A stretch of DNA of 63,781 nt, the filler included, from Chiloscyllium plagiosum (lineage: Eukaryota), in the NCBI RefSeq assembly GCF_004010195.1. It is 6 parts of one record of this genome, joined end to end, with 100 filler letters (N's around TTAATTAATTAA, not from the genome) between each part and the next. Parts side by side here need not be neighbours in the genome. Positions count along the whole stretch, not along the records: positions 60,653 to 63,781 come from NC_057715.1; 5 more parts are not named here. One strand, written 5' to 3'. Both the position numbers and the translations under genes were made by a program. Below are positions 62,550-63,781 of this stretch, in pieces; position 1 is the stretch's first letter, and each line of letters opens with the position of its first letter. Below the pieces are notes generated by a model, which saw nothing but the letters and a program-made list of their open reading frames with translations, did no database searches and was not told where the DNA came from.

Positions 62550-63781
62550 TCAGAGTCACAGTCACAGAGTCATAGAGATGTACAGCATGGAAACAGACCC
62601 TTCGGTCTGACCCGCCCATGCCGACCAGATATCCCAACNNNNNNNNNNNNNNNNNNNNNNNNNNNNNNNNNNNNNNNNNNNNNNNNNNNNNNNNNNNNNN
62701 NNNNNNNNNNNNNNNNNNNNNNNNNNNNNNNNNNNNNNNNNNNNNNNNNNNNNNNNNNNNNNNNNNNNNNNNNNNNNNNNNNNNNNNNNNNNNNNNNNNN
62801 NNNNNNNNNNNNNNNNNNNNNNNNNNNNNNNNNNNNNNNNNNNNNNNNNNNNNNNNNNNNNNNNNNNNNNNNNNNNNNNNNNNNNNNNNNNNNNNNNNNN
62901 NNNNNNNNNNNNNNNNNNNNNNNNNNNNNNNNNNNNNNNNNNNNNNNNNNNNNNNNNNNNNNNNNNNNNNNNNNNNNNNNNNNNNNNNNNNNNNNNNNNN
63001 NNNNNNNNNNNNNNNNNNNNNNNNNNNNNNNNNNNNNNNNNNNNNNNNNNNNNNNNNNNNNNNNNNNNNNNNNNNNNNNNNNNNNNNNNNNNNNNNNNNN
63101 NNNNNNNNNNNNNNNNNNNNNNNNNNNNNNNNNNNNNNATTTCCCAAGAGGAGGTCAAGTTTTGCACCTTCTCTAGTAGGTACATCCATATACTGAATCA
63201 GAAAATTGTCTTGTACACATTTAACAAATTCCTCTCCATCTAAACCCTTAATACTATGGTAGTCCCAGTCTATGTTTGGGAAGTTAAAATCCCCGACCAT
63301 AACCACCCTACCATTCTTACAGATTGCTAAGGTCTCCTGACAAGTTTGTTTTTCAATTTTCAGCTGACTATTAGAGGGTCTATAATACAATCCGAATAAG
63401 GTGATTATCCCTTTCTTATTTCTCAGTTCCACCCAAATAACTTCCCTGAAAGTATTTCCAGGAATACCCTCCCTCGGTACAGCTGTAATGTTATCCCTTA
63501 TCAAAACAACCACTCCCCCTCCTCTCTTGCCTCCCTTTCTATCCTTCTTGTAGCATTTGTATCCTGGAACATTAAGCTGCCAGTCCTGTCCATCCCTGAG
63601 CCATGTTTCTGTAATTGCTATGATATCCCAGTCCCATGTTCCTAACCATGCCCTGAGTTCATCTGCCTTCCCTGTTAGGCCCCTGCATTGAAATAAATGG
63701 CAGTTTAATTTATTAGTCCTACATTGTCCATGCCTGCCCTGAATATTCTCACTTCTGTTCTCAGCTGTACCCGTCTCAGAT
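62550..63781 (-). mobile_element. CR1/HER1 LINE spanning a gap: APE endonuclease region and 3' tail
   Basis: GLYYRP..VVMVGDFNFPNIDW..PTREGAKLDLLL; ATGACTCT tail at 62550-62638. Confidence 0.9.

Overview
This is repeat-dense, apparently gene-free vertebrate DNA. The repeat content points to a shark, probably a bamboo/carpet shark (inference): HE1-type V-SINEs, HER1/CR1 LINEs with (ATGACTCT)n or (TTCTATG)n tails, and Penelope-like elements. No host exon can be supported. The window holds many decayed CR1 LINE fragments, about 12 V-SINEs, a ~5.4 kb 29-bp minisatellite with higher-order structure, and a Tc2-like TA-flanked DNA transposon nested in a CR1. LTR-element fossils include Gypsy pieces (one with Gmr1-like domain order) and a Copia RT. 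The strongest signal is about 15 minimal hammerhead-ribozyme motifs in at least four sequence families, carried on Penelope-like pLTR pieces. Several of these are 90-800 bp insertions flanked by 8-15 bp target-site duplications (TSDs), with inverted-repeat plus ~35-nt-tail architecture. One copy still carries an open GIY-YIG endonuclease frame. The TTAATTAATTAA words inside 100-bp N runs are assembly linkers, so adjacency across them is unproven.
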